The position numbers and the translations under genes were made by a program. Below, one piece after another: positions 1-9,598 of a stretch of DNA of 64,000 nucleotides. Below the pieces are notes generated by a model, which was not told the origin of the DNA, ran no database searches, and saw nothing but the letters and a program-made list of their open reading frames with translations. Numbering within the stretch: the stretch's first letter is position 1; each line of letters begins with the position of its first letter. The DNA is from Candidatus Latescibacterota bacterium (GTDB taxonomy: Bacteria; Latescibacterota; UBA2968; GCA-2709665), in assembly GCA_965208835.1 (NCBI GenBank), contig OZ242358.1, positions 320,001 to 384,000 of the forward strand, given 5' to 3'.

Positions 1-372
1 CACCTTGGCGAGGGTAAACCTCCCGTCCCCGGTGGTTTCGCCCACGTCGATTTTCAGCTTTTCCTTGAGATGCTTCGTGATTTCCCCGGCCCCGCAAAGC
101 GCGCAGGACAGCGTTCCGCACACGTGGATAACGTATTTGCCCACGGGCGCCTTGTGGAACATGGGATAGAAGCTCATCACGCCCGCCGCGTGGGCCGGCG
201 GAATATCCAGAAGGTCCGCGACGTATCTCAGCCCTTCGAGCGAGATGTACCCCCACTCCTTCTGCGCAAGGTGCAGAACCGGAAGGATTGCCGCCTTGCG
301 CCACTCCGGCGGATAGTGCGTGATCAACTCCTCACACTTCTCCCGCGTCTTTTCAGACAGCGCGATCGCCAT
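1..372 (-). CDS. nuoE: NADH-quinone oxidoreductase subunit E (runs off window edge)
   Basis: Translated by hand from ATG at 372 (absent from ORF track): MAIALSEKTREKCEELITHYPPEWRKAAILPVLHLAQKEWGYIS...SFYPMF...IHVCGTLSCALCG. Contains the 2Fe-2S CxxxxC motif and lies downstream of nuoCD. Confidence 0.92.
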   Translation of the reverse strand, partial: MAIALSEKTREKCEELITHYPPEWRKAAILPVLHLAQKEWGYISLEGLRYVADLLDIPPAHAAGVMSFYPMFHKAPVGKYVIHVCGTLSCALCGAGEITKHLKEKLKIDVGETTGDGRFTLAKV

Positions 373-411
373 TTTTGTTGACCCGTGAAAATGATGCCGC
401 GGTGGGGCAAC

Positions 412-2184
412 TTACCTGTCCAACTCTCCCGCGATGACGTTTATGCTTCCCAGGATGGCCACGACGTCGGCCACCATATGTCCGTGCGCCAGTTGCGGGA
501 AACACTGGTAATTCATGAACGACGGGGGCCTTACCCGAAGCCTGTAGGCGGCCCCGCTTCCGTCGCTGACAACATAGAAGCCCAATTCCCCGTTGGGACT
601 CTCCGTAGCCACGTAAATCTCTCCGGGGGGCGGTGCGATTCCGTGATCGTCCATCGTTACCTTGAAGTGGTGGATCAGCGATTCCATCCCGGTATACACG
701 TCGTCCTTTTCAGGAAGAATGACCTTGGCGTCGTCGACCTTGACGGCCCCTCCGGGAAGGTTGTTCACCGCCTGTTCGACGATCCGGATGCTCTGGTTCA
801 ATTCCTCCATCCGGACGAGGTAGCGGTCGTACACATCTCCCTTTTCGCCAACGGGAACCTCGAAGTCATACTCCTCGTAGCCCAGATAGGGTTCGGCCTT
901 CCGCAAATCGTAGTTCACGCCCGACCCGCGCGCCATCGGCCCCGTCATGTTCCACTCGATGGCGTCTTCGGCCGAAATCACGCCGATTCCCTTGGTACGG
1001 TCGATCCAGATCCTGTTTCGGGTCAGCAGCCTGTCCACCTCCCCTGCCGCCCTGGGGAATTGCGCCGTGAAATCCGTTACCAGTTCGTGGAAATTGTCAG
1101 GCACGTCCCAGCCCAGACCGCCGACCCGTGTATAACTCGTGGTCAAACGGGTCCCGGTGACGGCCTCGAAGATATCGTAAAGGCGTTCACGTTGTTCGAA
1201 GGTGTACAGGAACACCGTCATCGCGCCGATATCCAGCGCGTGCGTGCCCAGCCAGACCATATGGTCCGCGATGCGCGACAGCTCCGAAAGGATGACGCGG
1301 ATTACCGTGGCGCGCGGCGGGATTTCCAGGCCCATCAGTTCTTCCACCGTCATCGCAAAACCGATGTTATTGCACAACGGCGAAAGGTAGTTCATCCGGT
1401 CGGTCACCGTGACCCACTGGTTGTACGTATGGTGTTCACCCAGTTTTTCAAAGCCCGTATGCAGGTAGCCGATGTCCGGAATGCACCTGGAGATGCGCTC
1501 GCCTTCCAGTTCGAGCGTGAGCCGAAGCGTACCATGGGTCGCCGGATGCTGGGGTCCGAGATTCAGGACCATGCGTTCCGATGCCAGCGGATCGTCGTCC
1601 GGAACATCGTCGCCCTCGAAGGGATTGCCCTCGAACCCGGGATCTTCCGGCGCGATGACGTCCCGTTCTCCGCGGCCGTTTACCGGGTAGTCTTTTCTCA
1701 GCGGATGGTATTTGAAATTCACCGGCATCAATATGCGCCGTAAATCCGGATGTCCCTCGAACCGGATGCCAAACATATCGTAGGCTTCACGCTCCGGCCA
1801 CTCGGCCCCCTTCCACAACCCGCACGCGGACGGGATGCAGCAGGTTTCATCATCCACCTTCGCCCTGAGCCTGAACCGGTGGTTGTGAAGGTGGGAATAT
1901 AGATGATAGACCACGTTGAACCGGGTGCCCGGATGCGGTCCCGGATACTCGGAATAATCGACCGCCGTCACATCCGACAGACGGTCGTACGCCAGGTCCG
2001 GATCGTCCCGCAGAAAGGCCAGCATATCCGATACCCGGTCCGCCTCGCATACGGCCACCCAATCGCCGCGAAAATCCGAAACCTCGAGGACGTCTTCGCC
2101 GAACCGTTCCTCCAGCTTCTTCGAAGTCAGGTTTCGGACCTCCGTGTCAGCCACCAGTGTCCCGCTTTTCTTTTCCAGGGCCAT
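412..2184 (-). CDS. nuoCD: Fused NADH-quinone oxidoreductase subunit C/D
   Basis: NuoC motif [22 protein letters not shown] followed by NuoD motifs [24 protein letters not shown] and C-terminal GELDR. ATG at 2184 preferred over TTG at 2196. Confidence 0.95.
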   Translation of the reverse strand: MALEKKSGTLVADTEVRNLTSKKLEERFGEDVLEVSDFRGDWVAVCEADRVSDMLAFLRDDPDLAYDRLSDVTAVDYSEYPGPHPGTRFNVVYHLYSHLHNHRFRLRAKVDDETCCIPSACGLWKGAEWPEREAYDMFGIRFEGHPDLRRILMPVNFKYHPLRKDYPVNGRGERDVIAPEDPGFEGNPFEGDDVPDDDPLASERMVLNLGPQHPATHGTLRLTLELEGERISRCIPDIGYLHTGFEKLGEHHTYNQWVTVTDRMNYLSPLCNNIGFAMTVEELMGLEIPPRATVIRVILSELSRIADHMVWLGTHALDIGAMTVFLYTFEQRERLYDIFEAVTGTRLTTSYTRVGGLGWDVPDNFHELVTDFTAQFPRAAGEVDRLLTRNRIWIDRTKGIGVISAEDAIEWNMTGPMARGSGVNYDLRKAEPYLGYEEYDFEVPVGEKGDVYDRYLVRMEELNQSIRIVEQAVNNLPGGAVKVDDAKVILPEKDDVYTGMESLIHHFKVTMDDHGIAPPPGEIYVATESPNGELGFYVVSDGSGAAYRLRVRPPSFMNYQCFPQLAHGHMVADVVAILGSINVIAGELDR

Positions 2185-2237
2185 GCGTTCGCCCAATCGT
2201 CACACGTTAAAAGTCAATTCCTCTGTCGCTTAGTTCC

Positions 2238-2603
2238 TCAGTCCCAATCCAGGCCGCCCTTCCGCCAAACATACGCGAGCCCGAGAACCAGGACACCGAG
2301 GAACACCGCCATTTCCGTAAAAACAAAGCTCCCCTGAGCCAGCAGATCCTTGAAAACGACGGCCCAGGGGTATAGAAAGACGACTTCGATATCGAAGACG
2401 ATAAACAGCATCGCCACAACGTAAAACTTGACGGAGAACCGCAGCCTGGCGTCGCCCACGGGAGGAACGCCCGACTCGTACGGCGATAATTTAACCGGGT
2501 TGGGACGGCGGGGCCCGAACAGATGCGTAATGATCAAACTGACGGCGGCAAACCCGACGGCCACTGCCATCAGAATAACAATCGGAAGATAATCGACCAG
2601 CAT
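2238..2603 (-). CDS. nuoA: NADH-quinone oxidoreductase subunit A
   Basis: Motifs KLSPYESG, FYVVAMLFIVFDIEVVFLYPWAV and KGGLDW; three TM segments; GGAGG RBS upstream. Confidence 0.95.
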   Translation of the reverse strand: MLVDYLPIVILMAVAVGFAAVSLIITHLFGPRRPNPVKLSPYESGVPPVGDARLRFSVKFYVVAMLFIVFDIEVVFLYPWAVVFKDLLAQGSFVFTEMAVFLGVLVLGLAYVWRKGGLDWD

Positions 2604-2682
2604 CGTGCGCCTGGACCTCCCACGTACTCAAGAAGCGGATCCGGAATGGCATTCACTCCGAGGACCGCTTTTCGGCGGTGAA

Positions 2683-2711
2683 AGTATATCACAAGGAGTA
2701 CCAAATGTCAA
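2683..2711 (-). promoter_or_regulatory. Sigma70-type promoter of the nuo operon
   Basis: Minus strand reads TTGACA-17 nt-TATACT, about 80 nt upstream of nuoA. Confidence 0.6.
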
Positions 2712-2939
2712 GGCATTCCCATTGTCATTGAAAGCCCTGCTCACCGGGAGATAAATCGGTCGTACGGGGAGCGGTTTCTCCCTCCGTACGACTGGAGAAT
2801 TCGATCGAATACGACGGGTTGCGGATGGATGAATATCTGTTGACACAGCCTGTAATGTCGCTCATATTTTCGCGACGCACGGTCTCGGCTATGGATACTC
2901 CTTTCACGTTCGCAGACGACTGCCAAGGTCGATAACCTT

Positions 2940-3103
2940 AGAAGCTGTCTTAAAATTCCCAGCGGTCTTTGCGCGCCTGCAAAAGAGCCGGTCGGCGTTG
3001 GTCAAACCCGCCCGTATAGACAAATATGGGCGAATTTTCCCGCCTTGACCGCCACTTTTTCGCTCGCGCTCGGGAACTCACCGGTAATTTTAAAACAGCT
3101 TCT
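2940..3103. mobile_element. MITE family A, copy 1
   Basis: 18-bp terminal inverted repeats AGAAGCTGTCTTAAAATT / AATTTTAAAACAGCTTCT (1 mismatch); near-identical copy at 48237-48392; no transposase. Confidence 0.8.
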
Positions 3104-3118
3104 TACGAGTAACTCGGT

Positions 3119-3697
3119 ATGTTTCGCAGGATTATTTCCATGTTAAATGCGAAGCCCCCGCCGCCTCCTTCGCCGCAGCTGGAAATGCAGCGGGATACGC
3201 TGCAGGACCTGCCGGAAATCAGGGTCCCCGAAGGGTATGGCCTGCGAACCTACCGTTCAGGCGACGAAGCCGGCTGGTGCGCGATCATGGAAGGTAACGT
3301 TGGGCGGGATTGGACTCCTGAACTATGTCGCGAGAAACTCGTTAACGATCCCCGCTTCCACCCCGAAAACCTCTATTTCGCCACCATCGATTCCCGGCTC
3401 GTGGGTTCCGCGTGTGCCTGGAGCCGGGATCTGACCGAGCGAATCGTCGGGGAAGTGCATATGGTTGCCGTACTTGAAGACCAGCGCGGGAAAGGCCTTG
3501 GACACCTCGTCAACGCGGCCGTACTCCACCGGCTCAGGGACCTGGGCTATCGCCAGGCCCACCTGCTGACCGACGACTGGCGCATCCCGGCCATCAAGAG
3601 CTATCTCACCGCCGGATTCCGGCCCCTGCACACCCACGACGATCACGCCAAACGGTGGTCGGACGTTTTTGCCCGACTCGGAATCGAGACTGGTTGA
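3119..3697 (+). CDS. GNAT family N-acetyltransferase
   Basis: Acetyl-CoA motif VAVLEDQRGKGLG and C-terminal AIKSYLTAGF. Confidence 0.85.
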   Translation: MFRRIISMLNAKPPPPPSPQLEMQRDTLQDLPEIRVPEGYGLRTYRSGDEAGWCAIMEGNVGRDWTPELCREKLVNDPRFHPENLYFATIDSRLVGSACAWSRDLTERIVGEVHMVAVLEDQRGKGLGHLVNAAVLHRLRDLGYRQAHLLTDDWRIPAIKSYLTAGFRPLHTHDDHAKRWSDVFARLGIETG

Positions 3698-3725
3698 CCG
3701 TCGTCATTTTCGTAAAGAGACAGAT

Positions 3726-4793
3726 ATGAAAGCAGCTGTACTCCACCGACCGCTGACCCGCGTCTCCGTCGAAGATGTGGACATCTCGTCTCCTCGCGAG
3801 GGTGAAGTGCTTCTGGATATCGTCGGCGCCGGGGTCTGCCACAGCGACTATCACTTCGTTGACGGACACGTCGCGCCTCGCGCGCTTCCCTGGGTTATGG
3901 GACACGAAGGCGCGGGGGTCGTCCGCGAAGTCGGCCCCGGGGTGACCGGTGTTCGCAATGGCGACAAGATCATTCTCTCGCTCGATGCAATGTGCGGATA
4001 TTGCCGCAATTGCAGCCATGGCAGCCCGGCGCTCTGCGAAACACATCAGGGCGAAGTACCGAGTCGCATCTCCAGACACGGGAAGGTCTATTTTCACAAC
4101 AGGCCCACCTATACCGAACAGTCCATCGTATCCGCGGATGCGTGCGTCAGGGTGCCGGACGACACGGACCTCAGGAAAGCGTGCCTGATCAGCTGCGCCG
4201 TGATCACGGGTATCGGCGCCGTGGTGAATCGCGCAAAGGTGGAAGCGGGCGCCGCAATGGCCGTATTCGGCTGCGGCGGCGTGGGCCTCAATGTCATCCA
4301 GGGCGGCGTCCTCGCATCGGCGGGGAAGATCATCGCTGTGGACAAGGTGCCGTACAAACTGGAACTGGCCGAACAGTTCGGCGCCACCCATTTCGTGAAT
4401 GCCGACACGGAAGATCCCGTACAGCGGATCGTGGAGATAACCGGCGGCGGCGCGGACTATGCGTTTGAAGTCGTGGGATTTCCGGCGCTGGTCAGACAGG
4501 CGTTTGCATCGGTCCGCGCCAGCGGGACCGCGGTCGTGGTGGGGGTGCAGCCAGCCGGGCAGGATATTTCCGTCGACGGCGATGATCTCTTGCGGGACCG
4601 CGCCGTGATGGGTTCCTGGCACGGCGCCGCCCGCGCCCGCGTGGATTTCCTCTGGATTCTGGATCTCTATCGACAGGGAAAGGTCAAGCTGGACGAGCTG
4701 ATATCCCGCTATCGCCCTCTGGATGAGATCAACGAGGCATTCGATGATATGCTCCAGGGAAAGGTCGCGCGGACGGTGCTGGTTTTCGATTGA
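3726..4793 (+). CDS. Zn-dependent alcohol dehydrogenase (MDR family)
   Basis: GVCHSD, GHEGAG, structural-Zn CGYCRNC...C and Rossmann GCGGVG; start taken at MKAAVL. Confidence 0.92.
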   Translation: MKAAVLHRPLTRVSVEDVDISSPREGEVLLDIVGAGVCHSDYHFVDGHVAPRALPWVMGHEGAGVVREVGPGVTGVRNGDKIILSLDAMCGYCRNCSHGSPALCETHQGEVPSRISRHGKVYFHNRPTYTEQSIVSADACVRVPDDTDLRKACLISCAVITGIGAVVNRAKVEAGAAMAVFGCGGVGLNVIQGGVLASAGKIIAVDKVPYKLELAEQFGATHFVNADTEDPVQRIVEITGGGADYAFEVVGFPALVRQAFASVRASGTAVVVGVQPAGQDISVDGDDLLRDRAVMGSWHGAARARVDFLWILDLYRQGKVKLDELISRYRPLDEINEAFDDMLQGKVARTVLVFD

Positions 4794-4862
4794 GGGACGT
4801 TTCAGGCGTTAGTTTCGTCCCGAAATGGAGGAGGCGTTTTCACTCTCGGATAGGACTGAACA

Positions 4863-7304
4863 ATGGCATTGAAGAAATCCCAACTCTATTCATCGCTCTG
4901 GCAAAGCTGCGACGAGTTACGTGGCGGCATGGACGCGTCTCAGTACAAAGACTACGTCCTGACCCTTTTGTCTATGAAGTATGTCTCTGACAAACACGCC
5001 GCCGACCCTAACGCGCTCATCGAAGTTCCTCCAGGGGGCGGCTTTGCGGACATGGTGTCGTTGAGAGGCGACAAGGAAATCGGAGACAAGATAAACAAGA
5101 TCATCGGAAGGCTCGCAGAATCGAACGACTTGAAGGGCGTCATCGATCAGGCGGACTTCAATGACGAGAGTAAGCTCGGTTCGGGAAAGGAAATGCAGGA
5201 CCGGCTTTCCAAACTGGTTGCCATATTCGACGGTCTGGACTTTCGGGCCAACCGCGGTGGTGGCGATGATCTGCTCGGCGACGCGTACGAGTACCTGATG
5301 ATGCATTTCGCTACAGAGTCGGGCAAGAGCAAGGGGCAATTTTACACGCCCGCCGAGGTCTCCCGGATCATGGCGAAAGTGATCGGAATCGGACCGGACA
5401 CCCGCCAGGACCAGACCATCTACGATCCTACCTGTGGCTCAGGCTCGTTACTGCTCAAGGCCGCGGACGAGGCGCCAAGCGGCATCACTATCTATGGGCA
5501 GGAGATGGACAACGCCACCTGGGCACTGGCTCGAATGAATCTGATCCTCCACGGCCACCCGACCGCAGAACTGTGGCGCGGCAACACGCTGGCTTCACCT
5601 TATTTCAAGAGTCCTGACGACAGTCTCAAGACGTTCGACTTCGCCGTCGCGAATCCGCCCTTTTCGGCAAAGGCCTGGACCAGTGGCCTCAATCCGGAAC
5701 ACGACGAATACGGTCGGTTTGTATACGGTATACCCCCGGCAAAGAATGGTGACTATGCCTTTCTCTTGCACCTCATTGCGTCGCTAAGGAGCAACGGAAA
5801 GGGTGCGATTATTCTCCCGCACGGCGTCTTGTTCCGCGGGAACAAGGAAGCCGATATCCGCCGAAACCTTATCCGGCACGGCTTTATCAAGGGTATCATC
5901 GGCCTGCCTGCCAACTTGTTTTATGGCACGGGCATTCCTGCCTGCATACTGGTTATTGATAAGGCGAACGCACACGCTCGCAAGGGAATCTTCATGATCG
6001 ATGCGAGCAAGGGATTCCTCAAGGATGGCAATAAGAACCGCCTGCGAGCACAGGACATCCACCGGATTGTCGATGTGTTCAACAGGCAGATCGAGACGCC
6101 TCGATATTCCCGTATGGTGCCTGTAGCTGAGATTGGCAATCCGTCTAACGACTATAACCTCAACATCCCACGATATATTGATTCGAGTGACCCGGAGGAT
6201 CTGCACGATCTTTACGCCCACCTGCACGGCGGTATTCCAAACCGGGACCTCGACGCACTTGGCACTTATTGGGAGGTTTTTCCCTCGTTGCGTCAGTCGT
6301 TATTTGTAGGCAATGGTCGTCAGGGCTACAGCGACGCCAGGACTGAGACGCAGGACGTGAAGGCCACGATTCTGAACCACGTGGAGTTTAAGACCTATTG
6401 TAAACGGGTGTTGGACATTCTGAACAATTGGCGTGAACACCAGGATCCGCGCCTCAAGGGGATTGAAAACGGTACCGACCCACAAAATATCATCCAAGCG
6501 TTATCCGAAGACCTGCTTGCTGGGTTCTCCAACCTGCCGTTGATCGACACGTACGACGTATATCAGCGATTGATAGACTATTGGGACGGAGTCATGCAGG
6601 ACGATGTATATCTCATCACGGAAGATGGTTGGATCAAAGCGGCGAAGCCGCGTGGGATAATTCAAGACAAAGAGAAACGGATTGAAGAGACCCCAGATCT
6701 GACCATCAAGCGGACGAAATACAAAATGGATATGATCGCTCCCGCGGTGCTCGTCGCGCGCTACTTCGCTGCCGATCAAGCGAACATCGACGCATTACAA
6801 ACCGTTGAAGAGGCTGCGACCAGCGAGCTGTCTGAGTTTGTTGAAGAACACACGGGCGAGGATGGGTTGCTGCAGGACGCAACGAATGACAAAGGAAGAG
6901 TCACCAAGACCGGGGTGACGATGCGGCTCAGGATAATCCGGGATGAGCCGGATAGCGTCGAAGAACGAGACATTCTGACACGCTTTATGGATCTGACGAA
7001 GGAAGAGTCGAAGGCAAGTAAGGATTTAAACGACAGCAAATCCGCGTTGGATTACAAGGTACTAGCCCGGTATCAAACGCTAACCGAGGACGAGATTAAG
7101 TCACTTGTGGTCGACGACAAATGGTTTGGAACAATCTACGCCACGATTCTCGAAGAGGTGCAGCGGCTTACCCAGCAGCTTACCGATAGAATAGGGGAAC
7201 TGGAAAAGCGGTACGCTCGAACGCTTCCTGAGTTGGAGCGGGAGGTCTATAGATACAGCGCGAAGGTCAAGGGCCACCTGAAGAGAATGGGGCTATCACT
7301 GTGA
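4863..7304 (+). CDS. hsdM: Type I restriction-modification methyltransferase subunit M
   Basis: GQFYTP, motif I DPTCGSGS, motif IV NPPF, LPHGVLFRG, YNLNIPRYI. Confidence 0.96.
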   Translation: MALKKSQLYSSLWQSCDELRGGMDASQYKDYVLTLLSMKYVSDKHAADPNALIEVPPGGGFADMVSLRGDKEIGDKINKIIGRLAESNDLKGVIDQADFNDESKLGSGKEMQDRLSKLVAIFDGLDFRANRGGGDDLLGDAYEYLMMHFATESGKSKGQFYTPAEVSRIMAKVIGIGPDTRQDQTIYDPTCGSGSLLLKAADEAPSGITIYGQEMDNATWALARMNLILHGHPTAELWRGNTLASPYFKSPDDSLKTFDFAVANPPFSAKAWTSGLNPEHDEYGRFVYGIPPAKNGDYAFLLHLIASLRSNGKGAIILPHGVLFRGNKEADIRRNLIRHGFIKGIIGLPANLFYGTGIPACILVIDKANAHARKGIFMIDASKGFLKDGNKNRLRAQDIHRIVDVFNRQIETPRYSRMVPVAEIGNPSNDYNLNIPRYIDSSDPEDLHDLYAHLHGGIPNRDLDALGTYWEVFPSLRQSLFVGNGRQGYSDARTETQDVKATILNHVEFKTYCKRVLDILNNWREHQDPRLKGIENGTDPQNIIQALSEDLLAGFSNLPLIDTYDVYQRLIDYWDGVMQDDVYLITEDGWIKAAKPRGIIQDKEKRIEETPDLTIKRTKYKMDMIAPAVLVARYFAADQANIDALQTVEEAATSELSEFVEEHTGEDGLLQDATNDKGRVTKTGVTMRLRIIRDEPDSVEERDILTRFMDLTKEESKASKDLNDSKSALDYKVLARYQTLTEDEIKSLVVDDKWFGTIYATILEEVQRLTQQLTDRIGELEKRYARTLPELEREVYRYSAKVKGHLKRMGLSL

Positions 7305-7325
7305 TAAAAACTGAGGAGCGATGAC

Positions 7326-8171
7326 GTGTCTGCTTCAGATGCCCAAACACTCCCAACCGTCCCGTTCGGACGATATCGGATCAGCCGGCTTATCATGGGC
7401 GACAATCCGATCTATGGATATTCACACTTCAATCAGCTGCTCTCGGAACATCAGAAGGAAGCCAATACATCCGATCAGGTGATCGCGACCCTGCGCCGCG
7501 CCGAGGCAGTGGGCATCAACGCCTGGCAGAATACTCTGACCGACCGATCTGCCGCCGATCTTCAACGATACCGTGACGAGGGAGGTACAATCCATTACTT
7601 CTGTCTCAGCGGCGGTGGAAACTGGTATGACGATCCCTCGCTGATCGACGAAGCCGCCAAACACGGTCCGATTGGTATGGCGCCCCATGGTAGCGGTGTC
7701 GCAGGGCGATGTTTGAAGGAGAATCGCCTCGGGCATCTTCAGGATATCCTCAAGCGCATTCGGAACACCGGTGCCATGGTCGGCCTATCGGTTCACAATC
7801 CCCGCATCATCGATATTGCCGAAGAAGAAGATTGGGATATCGACTACTACATGACCGCCCTGTACTATCTGGAAGGCGCACGAGAGGAATTCGAACGACA
7901 ATTCGGTTATCCGCCGCTCGGTGAAATCTACCTCCGCGAACATCGCGACCGAATGTGTCGCATTATAAGACGCACCTCCAAACCCTGCATCGTCTTCAAA
8001 GTCCTCGCCGCCGGACGTTCGATTGGTTCCCGGAATCGGATTCGTGAAGAATTCGCGTATGCCCTCGATAACATCAAGGCCAACGACGTCCTTCTGGTCG
8101 GGATGTATCAGAAATTCAACGATCAACTGGGCGAAAACGCGGCGATCGTAGCTGAATTGTGTCATGGATAG
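7326..8171 (+). CDS. Hypothetical protein, aldo/keto-reductase-like TIM barrel
   Basis: N-terminal LPTVPFGRYRISRLIMGDNP and C-terminal KPCIVFKVLAAGR resemble AKR-like oxidoreductases; GAGGAG RBS before GTG. Confidence 0.6.
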   Translation: MSASDAQTLPTVPFGRYRISRLIMGDNPIYGYSHFNQLLSEHQKEANTSDQVIATLRRAEAVGINAWQNTLTDRSAADLQRYRDEGGTIHYFCLSGGGNWYDDPSLIDEAAKHGPIGMAPHGSGVAGRCLKENRLGHLQDILKRIRNTGAMVGLSVHNPRIIDIAEEEDWDIDYYMTALYYLEGAREEFERQFGYPPLGEIYLREHRDRMCRIIRRTSKPCIVFKVLAAGRSIGSRNRIREEFAYALDNIKANDVLLVGMYQKFNDQLGENAAIVAELCHG

Positions 8172-8239
8172 TCAAGTGTGAGTCAGCGGCAGTTTATCTA
8201 CAGGCGTTGTTATGCAAAGATTGTGTGCGAGTATATCTG

Positions 8240-9598
8240 ATGAACAATGAACCCGATTCCATGGGCAAACGCCTTGACGTCGGACATAAACAATCGGGGA
8301 ATTTGCCGGTGGGTTACAAGCGAACTGAACTCGGTCTACTGCCTGACACGTGGGACGCAGTGCTTCTCGGTGACCTGTTCGTTTTCAAGAATGGCTTAAA
8401 CAAAGCCAAGCGTTTCTTCGGTACCGGGACACCTATCGTCAATTACATGGACGTTTTTGATCGCCCGGGGCTTAGTGCGGACGACCTATCAGGCAAGGTT
8501 TACCTCAGTCCTGAAGAGATCAAGAAATATGAGGTGCGGCAGGGAGACGTTTTCTTTACGCGTACTTCCGAGACTATAGAGGATGTTGGTGTTACATCCG
8601 TAATGCTCAACGAGCCCCGTGATACCGTGTTCAGTGGTTTTGTTCTTCGCGCCCGGCCGCGCGATGGTCGACTTGACAACAGCTACAAACAGTATTGCTT
8701 TGGACCCAGAGCAGTTAGGTCCCAGATCGTATCAAATGCAACATACACAACCCGTGCTCTGACGAATGGTCGATCCCTATCGGCAGTGTGGATCCCAGTT
8801 CCACCGAAGCCTGAGCAACGTGCCATCGCCGAGGCATTGTCGGATGTGGATGGTTTGCTTGCGGAGTTGGATGCGCTGATCGCCAAGAAGGGAGCCATCA
8901 AGCACGCCGCTATGCAGCAACTCCTCAAAGGCAAGAGCCGTTTGCAGGGGTTCAGCGGGGCGTGGCAGACTAAGCGGTTGGGAGATATGGGACGCTGCCT
9001 ACGCGGTGTTAGCTACGATCCGACGACAGACTTGTCTAGCTATGATAAAGACAGCACGGTAAGGCTTCTTCGATCGAGCAATATCCAAGATGCTGTCGTG
9101 ACGCCAACAGATGTCCATTATGTTGAAGCGCGAAAAGTGTCCGAGTCCCAAGTTATGCAACATAATGACATACTCGTCTGTATGGCGAATGGCAGTAAGG
9201 AGTTAGTCGGAAAAGCCGGGCTTTTTCGCATCCAAGATGGATATGCCTATACCTTTGGAGCGTTCATGGGATGCTTTCGCATCGAACTAACTATTGCTGA
9301 TCCGAGGTATGTATTTTATCTCTTCCAGTCATGCGAATTCCGCGACTTTGTTGGCCTAATCTTAGCTGGATCAAGCATCAACAATCTAAAGCCAAGCGAT
9401 ATCGAATCGGCTGAATTCCATATTCCAGACAGAAATGAACAACACGCAATCGCAGGCGTCCTCTCCGACATTGACACCGAGGTCGCCGGCTTGGAAGGAC
9501 GCAGGGAAAAGGCTTTCCTAATCAAGCGAGCCATGATGGAGCAACTTCTAACCGGGCGGGTGCGGCTGATCGAGGCAGAAGGAACAGAGGATGGCTAG
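8240..9598 (+). CDS. hsdS: Type I RM specificity subunit S
   Basis: GYKRTELGLLPDTW start, two TRDs, repeated conserved regions PPKPEQRAIAEALSDVD and PDRNEQHAIAGVLSDID, C-terminal MEQLLTGRVRL. Start codon uncertain (8159, 8240 or 8261). Confidence 0.93.
   Translation: MNNEPDSMGKRLDVGHKQSGNLPVGYKRTELGLLPDTWDAVLLGDLFVFKNGLNKAKRFFGTGTPIVNYMDVFDRPGLSADDLSGKVYLSPEEIKKYEVRQGDVFFTRTSETIEDVGVTSVMLNEPRDTVFSGFVLRARPRDGRLDNSYKQYCFGPRAVRSQIVSNATYTTRALTNGRSLSAVWIPVPPKPEQRAIAEALSDVDGLLAELDALIAKKGAIKHAAMQQLLKGKSRLQGFSGAWQTKRLGDMGRCLRGVSYDPTTDLSSYDKDSTVRLLRSSNIQDAVVTPTDVHYVEARKVSESQVMQHNDILVCMANGSKELVGKAGLFRIQDGYAYTFGAFMGCFRIELTIADPRYVFYLFQSCEFRDFVGLILAGSSINNLKPSDIESAEFHIPDRNEQHAIAGVLSDIDTEVAGLEGRREKAFLIKRAMMEQLLTGRVRLIEAEGTEDG

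Noticed and set aside
385-1743. Long antisense or alternative-frame ORFs (e.g. 385-1743 +, 43941-45776 -, 50483-52420 -, 61775-63094 - and many within the PKS)
   Set aside because: They shadow well-supported genes on the opposite strand, as expected in high-GC DNA, and show no family motifs.
2725-2907. 60-aa ORF upstream of the nuo promoter
   Set aside because: No recognisable motif and not NuoB-like; coding status cannot be supported.
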